Source: Octopus vulgaris (taxonomy: Eukaryota). From it: a DNA stretch of 64,000 nt. Position 1 is the first letter of the stretch. Each line of letters opens with the position of its first letter. Location: positions 32,612,001 through 32,676,000 of the forward strand of contig OX597831.1 of the NCBI GenBank assembly GCA_951406725.2, read 5' to 3'. The position numbers and the translations under genes are program-made. Under the pieces are notes generated by a model that was not told where the DNA came from, did not search any database, and saw only the letters and a program-made list of their open reading frames with translations. Below are positions 43,025 through 58,047 of this stretch, piece by piece.

Positions 43025-43059
43025 TTAATCACCTTACTTTGAAGTTGTATGGATAATAC

Positions 43060-43360
43060 CGTACTAAATTCTGGTGCCTCGAAATGTCTTTGTGTCGTAT
43101 GGTATTCTGTGAGTCCGTTCAGTGATTCTCTCCAGAAGAATGTCTTCGGAGAATAAGATTTCCAAAGTCTTCTTGCAGGCACAAGATATAGGATTTTCGA
43201 TTTCCGAAGCGGATGTTGTAAGATGTGAATTGGCTATAAAGGATGTGGATGCGATTAGAGTGATTAGAATGCCTTAATCAGTAAGTATGGGGGACGTACC
43301 GCTCCTTACAAGGCTTAGATGTCTCACCGATGAAGATCCTAGTGATGAAGTTATGCACAT
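43060..43360 (-). pseudogene. Degraded Penelope-like GIY-YIG fragment adjacent to the hammerhead hairpin
   Basis: [23 protein letters not shown] resembles YIGET...FK.RY..H...FR. Confidence 0.55.
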
Positions 43361-43383
43361 ATAGTTAGTGTCATATGTGTGTG

Positions 43384-43497
<114 letters not shown>

Positions 43498-43508
43498 TGT
43501 GTGTGTGT

Positions 43509-43801
43509 AGGCGCAATGGGTCAGTGGTTAGGGCAGCGGACTCGCGGTCGTAAGATCGTGGTTTCGATTCCCAAACAGGGCATTGTGCGTGTTTATTGAG
43601 CGAAAACACCTAAAGCTCCGGTGGGGGGTGATGGCGATCCCTTCTGTACTCTTTCGCCACAACTTTCTCTCACTCTTTCTTCTGTTGGCCTGTTCGCTTA
43701 GCCAGCGCGGTGGCGTCATTTGAAGGCTAAAAAAACAATGCGAAGCGCATCGTGACCAGCGATGTTTAGCAACATCTGATAGCCTGGTCGGTCACGGTGA
43801 T
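43509..43801 (+). mobile_element. SINE with family-A head and an alternative tail
   Basis: Head matches the reverse complement of 10620-10790; tail matches 33217-33329. Confidence 0.85.
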
Positions 43802-43854
43802 ATATATATATATATACATACATACATACACACAAGTAGATGTATATGTGTGTG

Positions 43855-43892
<38 letters not shown>

Positions 43893-43909
43893 AACACACA
43901 CACAGATAG

Positions 43910-43950
<41 letters not shown>

Positions 43951-44143
43951 TGTGTGTGAGTGTGTGTGTGTTTGTGTGTGTGTGTGCGTGTGTGTTTGTG
44001 TTTATTAGGAGATTCGTTAGAACGTTGACTAAAATGCCTCACGTGATACTTATTTTAACTTCCTGCGCTCTGGATGGACTGAGTATGAATACGTGTGATA
44101 AATGGCGCCAAAAGAGTTGGCGATGAGCTCCTCACAAAATATT

Positions 44144-44601
44144 TATTTCTTTATTGCCCACAGGGGCCTAAACAAGGACAAAGGGATTAAATCGATTACA
44201 TCGACCCCAGTGCGTAACTGGTGAATATTTAATCGACCCCGAAAGGATGAAAGGCAAGACGAAATACCTATTTCTTTACTACCCACAAGAGGCTAAACAC
44301 AGAGGGGACAAACAAGGACAGGCAAACGGATTAAGTCGGTTACATCGACCCCAGTGCGTAACTGGTACTTAATTTATCGACCCCGAAAGGATGAAAGGCG
44401 AAGTCGGCCTCGGCAGAATTTGAACTCAGAACGTAACAGCAGACGAAATACCTATTTCTTTACTACCCACAAGGGGCTAAACACAGAGAGGACAAAGAAG
44501 GACAAACAAACGGACTAAGTGGATTATATCGACCCCAGTGCGTAACGTACTTATTTAATCGACCCCCGGCGTGCTTAACGATTCTGCCATCTTGGCGCCA
44601 T
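44144..44601 (-). mobile_element. Trimeric SINE family C insertion with 16-bp TSD
   Basis: TSD CTCCTCACAAAATATT at 44128-44143 and 44602-44617; three tail units (44144, ~44270, ~44452). Confidence 0.85.
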
Positions 44602-44630
44602 CTCCTCACAAAATATTGCCTGATTAATAT

Positions 44631-44795
44631 AGGCGCAGGCGTGGTTGGCTGTGGTAAGAAGCTTGTATCCCACCCACATGGTTCTGGGTTCAGCCCCACT
44701 GCGTGGCTCCTTGGGAAAGTGTCTTCGACTATAATCTCGGGTCGATCAAAGCCTTGTGAATGCATTTGATAGATGGAAACTGAAAGAAGCCCGTC

Positions 44796-44841
<46 letters not shown>

Positions 44842-44860
44842 CGGGCTCCTTTCAATTCCC

Positions 44861-44892
<32 letters not shown>

Positions 44893-45128
44893 ATGTGTGT
44901 ACGTACGTAAGTGTGTGCGTTTGTATCCGTGCTTGTCTCCTGTCTTTCCGCTTGACGACCGGTGCTGGTGTGTTTATGACCCCGTAACATAGCAGTTCGA
45001 CCAAAGAAACCGATAGAATAAATACCAGACTTTAACAAAAAGGTACTGGTGTCCATTCCTTTGACTAAAATACTTTAAGGCGGCACCCCAGTTTGGCTGC
45101 AATCTAATATAACGCTGAAGTAAAATAT
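44631..45128 (+). mobile_element. SINE family B with internal (TA)n/(TG)n
   Basis: Head aggcgcaggcgtgg...gaagcccgtcg, microsatellite, tail cgcttgacgaccggtgctggtgtg... Confidence 0.8.
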
Positions 45129-45248
45129 AACACAGCTCAGGAAAGCTGGACAGCTCTAACACAACGGATCATCAAATGTTATTCAAGAACGACTGTTTCC
45201 GGAGGAATACTTCGATGTGATTACGACATAGATAAACAGAGTAATTGA

Positions 45249-45757
<509 letters not shown>

Positions 45758-45761
45758 ATAC

Positions 45762-46285
45762 ACGGTCGGTAGGCTTGTTACTGCAGTATTTGGATAACAT
45801 CTCTTACGGACGTGCTATGTTAAAAACACAATAAATATCAAAAGGAGACGAAAATTAATCCCAGCAGCCGTCATATTTCGGCCTTTTTGAGCATCTTCAG
45901 TGGCACGTACTCGCAACCACCAACATGCTCGGGTATGGGAGTTTGTTATCTCTGATTAAAAGTGAATTTTACATTCACTGTTGTTGCAAAGAACCGCTCG
46001 GCTGATTAAAAATTCCGTATAGGCAATTGAGACAGTATCTAATTAAAATAGTTACCTCTGTCATATTTGATGTATATACACGGTTGATAGGCCAGTTACT
46101 ATAGTAGTTGTCCTGAGACAACATCTCTTGTGGACTTTCTGTGTTAAAAACATAATAAATATCAGAGGGAGATGAAATTCCATCTCACAACCACCAGCAC
46201 AATATGTATTTTGATCCTTTTGACCCTTTTCAATGGCATATACTCGCAGTCAGCTACATGCTCGAACGAGAATTTGTCGCCATTT
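45762..46285. repeat. Diverged direct duplication (units starting ~45760 and ~46078)
   Basis: acacggt..taggc..gttact...aacatctctt...gttaaaaaca.aataaatatca...tactcgca occurs twice. Confidence 0.7.
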
Positions 46286-46380
46286 AGCGCTTGCTTTTAA
46301 GTGTTTGATTATACAATTCAAGAACAGACAATAACATCAAAATCCCGGACGAACAAAAGGGATTTTGCTGATGCAACATA

Positions 46381-46600
46381 ATTATTGGTGTATTTACTTT
46401 TGTTAGTAAATGTGGGGAAAGTCTAGGAAAGCTAGGATTTTCTAGCAAAGGGAGAGATCGGCTGACAAAATCTTTAGAGATACGATCTGTCAGTGGAGCT
46501 GTAAAAATATGCGAGACTTTCTTAAAGTTCAACACATAACACTTCCTGTGATGAAGGCTTTGTCTCTTTGTTAGAAACCAGCTCCATTCTTAAAGAAAGA
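46381..46600 (+). mobile_element. RLE-type LINE 3' end
   Basis: IIGVFTFVSKCGESLGKLGFSSKGRDRLTKSLEIRSVSGAVKICETFLKFNT*; homolog of 11425-11658. Confidence 0.65.
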
Positions 46601-46632
46601 ATTCTAAGAAATAAAGCAACATAAATGTGTAT

Positions 46633-46801
46633 AGGCGCAGGCGTGGGTGTGTGCGGTTAGGAAGCTCGCTTTGTAACCATGTGGTTTTAGGTTCAGTCTC
46701 ACTGTAAGGCACTTGGGCAATGGTCTTCTATTGTATCTCCGAGACGACCTATTCCTTGTGAGTGAGTTTCGTAAACGGAAACTGTACAAGAAATCCGCCG
46801 T
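46633..46801 (+). mobile_element. SINE family B, 5' half
   Basis: aggcgcaggcgtgg...ggttcagtc...cttgtgagtg...cggaaactg. Confidence 0.75.
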
Positions 46802-46809
46802 GCGCGCGC

Positions 46810-46861
<52 letters not shown>

Positions 46862-46867
46862 TTCTAT

Positions 46868-47247
46868 TCTGTTTTTTTCTTTCAGTCATTTGACTTCAAC
46901 CATGCTGGAGCACCGCCTTTAATTGAACAAATCGACCCCAGGACTTATTCTTTGTAAGCCTAGTACTTATTCTATCGATGTCTTTTGCTGACCCGCTAAA
47001 TTACGGGGACGTAAGCATACCAACATCGCTGGTTACGCAATGGTGGGGACACACATACACACACACACACATATATGTATACGACAAGATTCTTTCAGTG
47101 TCCATCTACAAAATCCACTCACAAGGCTTTGGTCGGGCCGAGGCTATAGTAGAAGACACTTGCTCAAGGTGTTACACAGTGGGACCGAACCCGAAACCAT
47201 GTGGTTGGTAAACGCAAGCTACTTACCATACAGCCACTCCTGCGCCT
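46868..47247 (-). mobile_element. SINE family B, full length
   Basis: Head ends cagccactcctgcgcct; tail cagtcatttgac...catgctggagcaccgcc. Confidence 0.85.
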
Positions 47248-47288
47248 GTATATATGTATGTGTGTATACATACATACATACATACATA

Positions 47289-47331
<43 letters not shown>

Positions 47332-47774
47332 TAAGTATGTATGTAAATGTATAAGTACGTGTGCGTGTTTGAGTATGTCCCCCGATTTGAATTTTTTCTT
47401 CTAAGGAAGGAAGAGCAAGCCTTCTTCTATCATACTCTCAATTTTGGTCAACTTGCGCCGCAGGGCCTCGGAGGAGATAGTGTTAGTTGAAGGATACCAA
47501 ACCTGCCATGCACAGACAACTTCAGCTTTATATATAGAGAGATATAAAAACTATTCAAAAGTTCAAAATTTAAATCTTTGCCGTTGTTTGAAGTCCTTTA
47601 AATTCTAAAGATAGATTTTTGTCTTTCTTAGAAATTAGATTGTTCTTTGTAGAAAGAATTTAAATAAATACAAAAGAGGCACATTTATTTTTCGATGGAT
47701 ACATCAATGCATATATAAAAGAAAACGTACATACGGACGGAAATGCATACGTACATACATAGATACACACACAC

Positions 47775-47815
<41 letters not shown>

Positions 47816-47870
47816 TATATGCATACATATACTTATATGCATGCAATCACACACGAACATCAATGACTGC

Positions 47871-47909
<39 letters not shown>

Positions 47910-48005
47910 CTTACAACAAATATATGTTTATGAATAAATATGTACATTCATAAATACATAAACATGAATATACACATTCAAGCATATATGCGCATACATA
48001 TCTAT

Positions 48006-48060
<55 letters not shown>

Positions 48061-48726
48061 CACACATGTACACACAAGCGCACACATACATATATCTATC
48101 TATACACACATACATACATACACACATACCTACATACATACAAACACATATACGTACATACAATCACACGTGCATGCATACATACATACTCACACATGCA
48201 TACGTACATACATACATACATACATACGTACATACATACATACATACATACATACATACATACATACATACATACATACATACATACATACATACGTAAA
48301 TACATATACATATACATACATACAAACACGCATGAGCATACACATCTACAAGATACCTTTGTGATTTGATTATCCGAAAGATTTTTCTAATATTTGTTAA
48401 GCCTAAAGATATATTTTTGAAAACTAAATTAATATTTCAGCGGATTCTCTCGGAAATGTTTCTAATATGTTGTTAATCGTCTTGTATTCCCAGTGTATTC
48501 CCAATGTAAATAACTAATATTGTATTCCATGTTTATATTCTCAGCAACCATCTTTATTACAATTACACTTAACAAAAGATTGTGATTACGTGCAGACGGC
48601 ATTGTTGTTATTGTTGTTGTTGCTGCTGCTGCTGCTGTTGTTGTTGTTCTTTCTTTTTTCTTTTTCTTCTTCTTTATCTTCTTCTTCTTTATCTTCTTCT
48701 TCTTCTTCTTCTTCTTCTTCTTCTTC

Positions 48727-48771
<45 letters not shown>

Positions 48772-49263
48772 TTCTTCTTCTTCTTCTTCTTCTTCTTCTT
48801 CTTCCTTTTCTCCCCCTCCCCTCCTCCTCCTTCTTCTTCTTCTTCTTCTTCTTCTTCTTCGTCTTCCTCTTCTTCTTGCTATTATCATTGTTATCATTAT
48901 CCTCTTTATTATAATTATTATTATTATTGTTGTTGATACTGGTTGATGTTGGTTCTTATTTAATTCGTACTTTCCAATTTTGCTTTCTTAACTCGGTCCC
49001 GCTTGTCTCCCTTGTTTATGTTTGTTGGCGTTTGTATCTTTTTTGTTGTTGTTTAAATGTTTTCCCCTCCTTCCCCCTCCCTCCCCCGCCCCCACTGTCT
49101 CTTTCCTATATCAACGTTAATCGTTTCCATCAATCCCAGACTCACAGATAATCCTCAACTTTTCACTCTCTCTCTCTCTCTCTTACTCTCCCTCTCACTC
49201 TCTCTCTCCCTCACCTTCTCGCTATTTCACTACTTGCAATCACATATAATCAGACACACACAT

Positions 49264-49391
<128 letters not shown>

Positions 49392-49778
49392 AAATAAATA
49401 TATATATATATATATATATATATGCATATGCATACATACATAAATATATACATACATACATACAAACATACATACATATATTACACACACACACACACAC
49501 ACATGTAAACATGCATGTATACAGACAAATTATCCTATACACATACACACACAACTGCACACACATATACTTACATCTATGCATACACATGCGGGCCTAG
49601 AAGGGAACATAACAAATTATGTGTACATATTGTGGTAACACACACACTTACACACATATACACATACACACACATGTACACCTATTGAATATGTATATTA
49701 TATTATAAATAAATGATATTATTTCGCTTTATGTAATCCGTAGTCTTCTTCAAATTTGCATGAAATAGTAAATAATCT

Positions 49779-49898
<120 letters not shown>

Positions 49899-50201
49899 GT
49901 ATGTACGTATGTATGCATGTGGGTTTGTGTGTCTTTGTGAATGGCTGTAAGTAATCAATTGTTTGTCGAATCGGGATTTGACGGGTTTTCAATAACTTTT
50001 GCCTATAGAGATTTTGATTTATGTGCAATGGCTGTGGATACATGTGTATGTGAATACATTCATACAGGCATACACGCACATAAACATATATATACATATA
50101 TACATATATGTACCTGCATAATATATATGTATATGTACGGCTATATATTGATATACATATGTATATGCATATACATACATATGTATACACATATGCATAG
50201 G

Positions 50202-50242
<41 letters not shown>

Positions 50243-50829
50243 TTTCATATATACATACATAGATAGATACATAGATAGATATATAGATACACACACACAC
50301 GCAATATATATATGTATGTATGTATAGTTGAAATCTATAGAAAAACAAAGGACGAAGACAGTTGTATGAATAACAAGCAAGTATAATAGTTTGATGCTCG
50401 AGAAAATGAAGAAGTCTTGTACGTTTTCAGCCTACATAGTGATGAAACGTGCGTAGGAAGTTTAATGTGAACATGTGCTTATCCAAGTGTGGAAGCTGTG
50501 TCGTTACTATCTCCCTACAGCTGTAAAATAACAGACTGCTCTGTCATTCTAAGCGGATATGTATGTATGAATGTTCTGGGAGGAAGGTAACTCGTCTACA
50601 TTGACCCCACTGTTCAACTGGTACTTTATTTTATCGACTCTGAAAGGGTGAAAGGCAAATTCCATCCCGGCGACATTTGAGCTCAAAGCATAAATTCGGA
50701 CGAAATGCCGCCAAGCATCATTTGTTTGGTGCAAATGAGAAACACTTAGAAACACTGCTACATATAGTACACGGATAAACGTTGACAAGATTAAAAGAAA
50801 ATAAATGTGCACACTACTACCACGTTATA

Positions 50830-51190
50830 TGAAGGAGAATTAGAAAAACCCAAACATTCAAATACTTTGGATTAAATGTACTAGAAACATGAAAGAGAAA
50901 ACTAAGAAAGAATATTACAGATGTATTGGGTAACCACTTAAAAGAATGCTTATTGCAAATATAAGGAGAAAGGCGCCGATATTGTCGTTGTCTCAATAAT
51001 CAGTATTAGGAGTATTTTCAAGGGATGCTGAGTAAATTTATAAGACTGGAGAGGAAACAAAAAACGAAGAAAAATCATGGATGTATTTAGAATACACCAC
51101 CCAGAATTTTCTGTTAGAAAGATTGTATTTACTACGATTATAGCGAGGCAGCGGCCTCCTGCTATTTGAACATATCTTTATTGTAACTTA
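50830..51190 (+). mobile_element. R4/Dong-like LINE ORF fragment (post-RT), degraded
   Basis: MKEKTKKEYYR...; KIMDVFRIHHPE; ERLYLLR..RGSGL motifs. Confidence 0.7.
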
Positions 51191-51384
51191 TCTTATGTAG
51201 CACCGCAATCTTAAAAAAAAACTCAGAAGAAAGCAGATGGGTGAGTCAAGGCTGGAATGCTTTTGATCGGTGGTCTACTCAGAGATCATTGTCCTTATCC
51301 TCTCCTTCCTTTTCGTCGTCGGCATCATCATCATCATCGTCGTCGTCATCGTTGTCATCGTCATCGTCATCATCGTCATCATCG

Positions 51385-51458
<74 letters not shown>

Positions 51459-51923
51459 TCCACCACCACCACCACCACCACCACCACCACCACCACCACC
51501 ACCACCACCACCACCACCACCACCATATTAAGCCCTCTTCATTCTCCCGTTATCATCTTTTCATTTGTTCTTTTTTTACGAGTTCTGTTATTTTTTATTT
51601 ATTTAATTTCTGAACCCCCATCTTTTGTGTGTGTGTGTGTTTCTTGTCCTTCAGTTCCTTTAATCCCTAATTGAATAATCTCCCTTGCAACTTGACTGCT
51701 TAACACTCCGCTGACATAAACCACTTATTACCTTTCCCTTTGTGCATCAAGCCAGCAGTGTGGTGGCGCTGCAGGGCGACCATAGCGCCGGTGGAGGTTG
51801 GATGCAGACAGCAAGAGAGAAATAGGACATCTTAGCTTTTACTCTTATTATTAATCGCCATCTTGGAAGAAACATTATTCTTGACTTTCACTCATTCTGC
51901 TGTCACTATTCTTTTCTCTGTTC

Positions 51924-51978
<55 letters not shown>

Positions 51979-51991
51979 GTCCGTATGTCGG

Positions 51992-52083
<92 letters not shown>

Positions 52084-52143
52084 GTATGTATGTATGTATG
52101 TATGTATGTATGTATGTATGTATGTATGTATGTATGTATGTAT

Positions 52144-52206
<63 letters not shown>

Positions 52207-53286
52207 CCAATCTGTGTCCACACTGAGGTGTGCTCAATCAGGGTAGGCTTGAAGCCTAAACACCACCACCACCCCACCCTCACCACCAGCACCCCACCCT
52301 CACCACCAGCACCCCACCCTCACCACCACCACCCCACCCTCACCACCACCACCCCACCCTCACCCTCACCACCCCACCCTCACCACCACCACCCCACCCC
52401 ACCCTCACCACCACCACCCCACCCTCACCCTCACCACCCCACCCTCACCACCACCACCACCACCACCACTTGAATCCCTACCTCTCTTCCCCTCTCTCGT
52501 TTCTTCCTCCTTTTTCTTTCCCTCTCTCTCAATTACTCCCCATATTCTCTTCCCGCTCTCCCTCCTACTGTGACGATATCAGCCCAATTCTATTATCTCA
52601 CTCACACTACCACCCCTTCTACAGGAATATTCTAATTTCTTCTGGGATTCTTGGAGTCCCTTGAGGTCCCTTAGGGTCTTAAACACACCAGACTACAGCA
52701 TTCGTTTCTCTTCATGTTTAACATGTTAGTCTTGTTGTTTGACCCATAAACAAAGACATCCCAACCATAACCATCCCGGCTTTATAGGGTCATGCACAAG
52801 AAGATCATTCCCAAGTTGAGGGAGCTATGGTTGCTATTTCTCGCTGATCGAACCACCACGGAGAACATCCCCCAATAGCCGAGGATTTTGTTGTTGTTGT
52901 TTTGGTACTTCGTTGAAGTTGATTGTATTGTTACTGTCGCCTTCTTATTATTGTTGTTGTTGTTGTTGGGTGAATGTGTGTGTGTGTTACTTATTTTGAT
53001 TTTACACACGCACACACGCACACACAGTTATGGTATGTTTTGTTAAGAACATAGTAGAGTACAGTATAAAGCTCATCCACCATCAGATCTCATCCTGTAC
53101 TATCCAGTAGTGGTAGTAGTAGTAGTAGTAGTAGTAGTAGTTGTAGTAGTAGTAGCATACGTACTTCCAGGTCTGCATTTGGGAATCTGTCGTGTGTGAA
53201 TAGATAACTGAAAAGAATTGAAACAATTGTAGTGATTAAAAAAAATAAATATATGTCCAACCGTACTTGTTGACTCCAATATTTTC

Positions 53287-53356
<70 letters not shown>

Positions 53357-53656
53357 GAGTGTATTTTTACCTTGTTAACAATTGACACGGAAAAAATAAA
53401 TAAATAGTTACCAGGGCAGCAAAAATCTCACAAGTAAAGGTGTTGTAACTCCTTGTTTATAAAGGTAGACACTTCGTGTTTACGTTGAATATTTTGAATA
53501 ATATGAATAAAAAATGGAGTTAACGCAGGTGTAATCAAATATATATATATTAATAATTAATAATGATAATATAACAACAAAAGAATGAATGAGACCTCGA
53601 TATTATGTAAAATAGAGGAATTTATCTGGCAAATATGTGACAATTAGTTGGTTGTC

Positions 53657-53720
53657 ATAATATAACTCAGAGTTTCGGATACCGGGGCTGAAGTCTGTTC
53701 CAGCATCTCATCAGTTATTA
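53657..53720 (-). ncRNA. Hammerhead-like motif (degenerate stem I)
   Basis: Minus: CTGATGA-GATGCTGG..CCGGTATC-C-GAAAC-TCTGA-GTT. Confidence 0.55.
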
Positions 53721-53940
53721 AGACAAACGCTATGAAAAAAAACCGTTGAATAAAAGGAAATTACTCCAATAGGCATGGTGAAAGTAATACTTCATGCATA
53801 GAATCCACATACGCACATATATATACACACATATACATGTACGCACACACACACACATGTATGTATATATATATATATCTATCTACCTACCTACCTACCT
53901 ACCTACCTACCTACCTACCTACCTACCTACCTATCTACCA

Positions 53941-54014
<74 letters not shown>

Positions 54015-54052
54015 AGATAGATAGATATGTGTATGTATGTGTGTGTGTACTT

Positions 54053-54320
54053 AGGCGCAGGTGTGGCTGTGTGGTAAGAAGTTTTCTTCTCAACCACATG
54101 GTTCTGGGCTCAGACCCGCTACGTGGCACCTTAGGCAAGTGTCTTCTACTATAACTTCAGGTCGATCAAATTCTTGTGAGTGGATTTGGTAGTTGGAAAC
54201 TGAGAGAAGCTTTGTGTTTGCGTGTGTTTGTGTATCATTGTGTCTGTGTTTCTTCCACACCACCACCTGATAACTGGTGTTGGTGTGTTTATATTCCCCG
54301 TAACTTAGCGGTTCGACAAA
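54053..54320 (+). mobile_element. SINE family B, 3'-truncated
   Basis: aggcgcaggtgtggctgtgtggtaagaag...ccccgtaacttagcggttcg. Confidence 0.8.
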
Positions 54321-54446
54321 GTTACGGGGATATATACGTACAAGTAAAAGATACTTGTACGTATACATATATAAATGTGACCTCGTGTGTACCGCTGGCG
54401 ATTTTTTCCCTCTGTCTTCCCTTCTCTGGATCTTTCCTTCTCCTAT

Positions 54447-54481
54447 GTTTCTGACGAAGAGCTCCGCTCGAAACGTTAAAC
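54447..54481 (+). ncRNA. Minimal hammerhead motif
   Basis: GTTT-CTGACGA-A-GAGC-tcc-GCTC-GAAAC-GTT-AAAC; loopless palindromic stem III (AACGTT). Confidence 0.7.
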
Positions 54482-55093
54482 CCTCCTTCTTTCCTTCCTT
54501 TCCTGAGCGTCCAATAATACTATATTTGTTCCACGTCCTCGCGTTGTTGTGTTTTTTTGTGCTTTCTTGTTTCGATTAACTTTATATAGGTATATATATA
54601 TATGTATGTTTATATTTGTATTAAAATTAAATACCAGTGAAACACTAGGGGTCGATGTAATCGACTTATTCCCTTCACGCAAATGGCTGCCCCTGTAGTA
54701 AAATTTGAAACCATTATTGTTATTATTAGTAGTGGAATAACAATAACAACGAAAAAAAGACGAAAAGGATTAGGAGAAGGTAGAAGAGGGGATGGGTGCT
54801 AATGACAAAAGGGCTCAGACACTGTAGTGATGGTGGCGACGGCGGTTAGTGGAAGGGGTTGGCTCGGGAGGTGTAGGGAGGCGTTGGCCATGTATCAGGT
54901 TTAGACACCTTCTAAATAGGGACCAAGTGACACTTGTTTAGTGAAACTGGCACCCTGCCTCCCTTTATGTGACAACACTTTAGGGATCATATTTCATGAC
55001 GTCCCCTTAAACCCCTGTAATTGACATATAGACCCCGCCCCCACCTATACAGAGGCACCCACACGTATACACACATACTCCCACCCGCGCGCG

Positions 55094-55127
<34 letters not shown>

Positions 55128-55141
55128 GACACACATACATA

Positions 55142-55179
<38 letters not shown>

Positions 55180-55643
55180 TATGTATATGTGCGAGTGTGT
55201 ATATACATATATATACATATGCTTATATATTTACACTCCGAAACATGCACAGATATCTTCATGCACTACGCGCACGTACGTACAAACACACGTGACCACG
55301 GACACACACACGTACACACACACGCACACACACACACATACACATATACATATGCAGATATACACAGACATGTCAAACGATTTGCACCGCTCCCATACGC
55401 AATCACATGTGCATGTACTATTAACGTTCACACACACACATATACATGTAGACGCACACACACACATACACACACACACATTACTCACGCATATACGAAT
55501 ACTCACACGCACACACATATATGCAAGTAGACACACACAGACACACCACATACGCCCGACCCATCCACCCACCCCCACCGCCACGCCCGTCTCAGACACA
55601 CAAGTGTAAACGCATACATTCACACTTAATTGACATATGGACC

Positions 55644-55678
<35 letters not shown>

Positions 55679-56096
55679 CTTGATGACGTACAACATAACA
55701 TCTTCAAGCGTCACCTGACAAATTAAGTTAATTTTTCTTCGTGCTGCTGCTGTTGCTGCTGCTGCTGCTACCGTTTGTTGTTGTTGTTGTTGTTGGTGCG
55801 ACAGTCGCTAATGCTATTAGAGTTATCGTTATTGTTCTTGTTGTTGACATCGTTGTTGTAACTGCTGCTGTTGTGTTTATGTTCTAGTTGTTGTTGTTGT
55901 TCTTGTTGCTGTTGTTGTTCTTTAACCCTAGGTCAGCATCGATTGAGCATGCCTAAGAGGAAAAGCACTCCTACCATCCATGAATACTTCGCCCTTTTCC
56001 CTCTAACACACATACACACATTCACACTCACACACACACGCATACACACAAACACACTCACACACGCATACACGCATGTAGATATGTATCTATGTA

Positions 56097-56127
<31 letters not shown>

Positions 56128-56263
56128 GTGTGTGTGTGCGTGTAAGTATGCACTATGTATATATATGTAACCGTTAATCCCTACACACACACACACACAC
56201 AAACATACATGGTATTGTTACTCCCTACACATTTTTTCTCTCTCTATTTTTTCCCCTGTTAAT

Positions 56264-56300
56264 CCTTTCTGAAGAAGGGTATAGGCTCGAAACGTCAAGG
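56264..56300 (+). ncRNA. Minimal hammerhead motif
   Basis: CTTT-CTGAAGA-A-GGGT-atag-GCTC-GAAAC-GTC-AAGG; decayed relative on the minus strand at ~50390-50436. Confidence 0.7.
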
Positions 56301-56344
56301 CCTTTTCCATTCTTCTCGAACATCAAACACACACTTGAGCTTGA

Positions 56345-56780
56345 GATAAACAGAAATATTGGAACAGCTGCCTTAATACATAATAGGTTGAGGACGAGAA
56401 TCTGTAAGGACAGTAACCTAATGGCGCAGACCAAGATTGCCATCTACGGCGTTTGTGTCCTCATCATACTGCTCTGTGGTAATGAAATCTAGAGCATCGA
56501 CTCTAGACAGGAGCGGTGTCTATATACCTTAAGCCAACGCAGCTTGAGATGGATTCTGAACATGAAATGGACCCATCGACTTACCTACAACGTGGTCCTA
56601 TCGCGTAAACAGATATCCGGATTCTTCACGACACTACAATAACGAAGCTTCCGTTGGCTGGGCCATGGACACCGCTTGTCAGATTGGAGGAAAAATCTGC
56701 CTTCTGCCAGTTAACCATACGGCTGACGGTCCCATCTTCGTTTCAAAGATGTTTGCAAGAACAACATCAAGTGTCTTTAA
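56345..56780 (+). mobile_element. RTE LINE ORF2 fragment, degraded
   Basis: TKIAIYGVCVL..LL.G.E...RSLRWILNMKW...RWLGHGHR...HLRFKDVCK. Confidence 0.85.
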
Positions 56781-56817
56781 ATACGCGCATACGCACGCAG
56801 ACGCAGACCCAGACACA

Positions 56818-56865
<48 letters not shown>

Positions 56866-57464
56866 CACACACACACACACACACGCATCTAGATTCTTCT
56901 TGTAGTGCACACGGCTTGGAAGTCCATTACATTCTGTTCTTCCGGTTGCACAGTTGGTAATCAAGATGGCCAACGAAAATACTTCCCCGGCGTTTTTGCT
57001 ACCTCCCAGTATTTTTATTAGTGACTAGAGTTGGGTTTGAACTTAGACCCTGCAGAGACGAATTAGATATTGCAATGCAGCTTATACGACCGGTGCTCTA
57101 ACAACCCGCTAATACACCGCTCTGGACTGGTACTTATTTTATCGACCTTTAAAAGATAAAAGGCAAACCTGGCCTCGGCAGAAATTGAACGTAAAAGCGG
57201 AAGAAATGTGGTTTGTCGGACGCGTTAACGCTTCAGCCAGCTCGCCACCTTTCCTTTAATAATCGTTTCGAAAGCAAGAAAAGAAGGGGAAATTCTGGCG
57301 AGGTGGAGCGATAATCAGTTATATAGCCTCTCAGTAGCTGACTGGTACTTTATTGATCTCGATTGGATGAACGGCTATATAGGATTTGAACGTGGGATAT
57401 AGACAATTGGAGTAAATTCTTTATAGTGTTCTTATCTGACCTTTTATACATGGGCACGGGCGAG

Positions 57465-58047
57465 GGAAAGGGAGAGGGAGAGAGGGGAGAAAGAGAAGGA
57501 GATGGAGGGAGAGGAAGAGGGAGAGAGGAGAAAAAGAGGAGAGGGAGAGGGAGAGAGGGGGAAAAGAGGAGACAGAGGGAGGGGTGAAAGAGAGGGAGAG
57601 GGAGAGAGGGGAGAAAGAGAGAGAGGAGAAGGAGGGAGAGGGAGAGGGAGAGAAGGGAGAAAGAGAGGGGGAGAAAAAGGAGAGGGAGGGAGGGAGAGAG
57701 AGAGGGATGGAAAGAGGGATGGAGAGAGGAGAGAGAGAGAAAGAGGTAGTAGACAGAGAAAGACAGAGACAGAATGAAAGTGTGACAGAGAGAGTGAGAG
57801 AGGAGTAGAGAAAGTGCGTGTGAGAGAGAGAGGGAGAGGGAGAGAGAGGAAGAGAGTTAGAGGCAGAATGAATGGGGGAGAAAGAATGAGAGAGAAAAAG
57901 TGAAGGTGAGAGAGAGAGAGAAGCTGGCAGAGAGGAAGAGAGAGAGAGAGAGAGAATGAGGGGGTAGGTGGAGAGGAAGTGAGAGAGCATGAGAGACAAG
58001 GGTATAGAAACGGAGACGGAGAGAGAGTGAGAGAGAGAGAGAGAGAG
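57465..58047. repeat. ~580-bp polypurine (GA-rich) low-complexity tract
   Basis: Read directly. Confidence 0.9.

Noticed and set aside
45867-45905. Additional hammerhead on the minus strand (CTGAAGA..GAAATATGA)
   Set aside because: Lacks the UH cleavage triplet; at best a decayed relic. The same applies to 362-402 and 24040-24070
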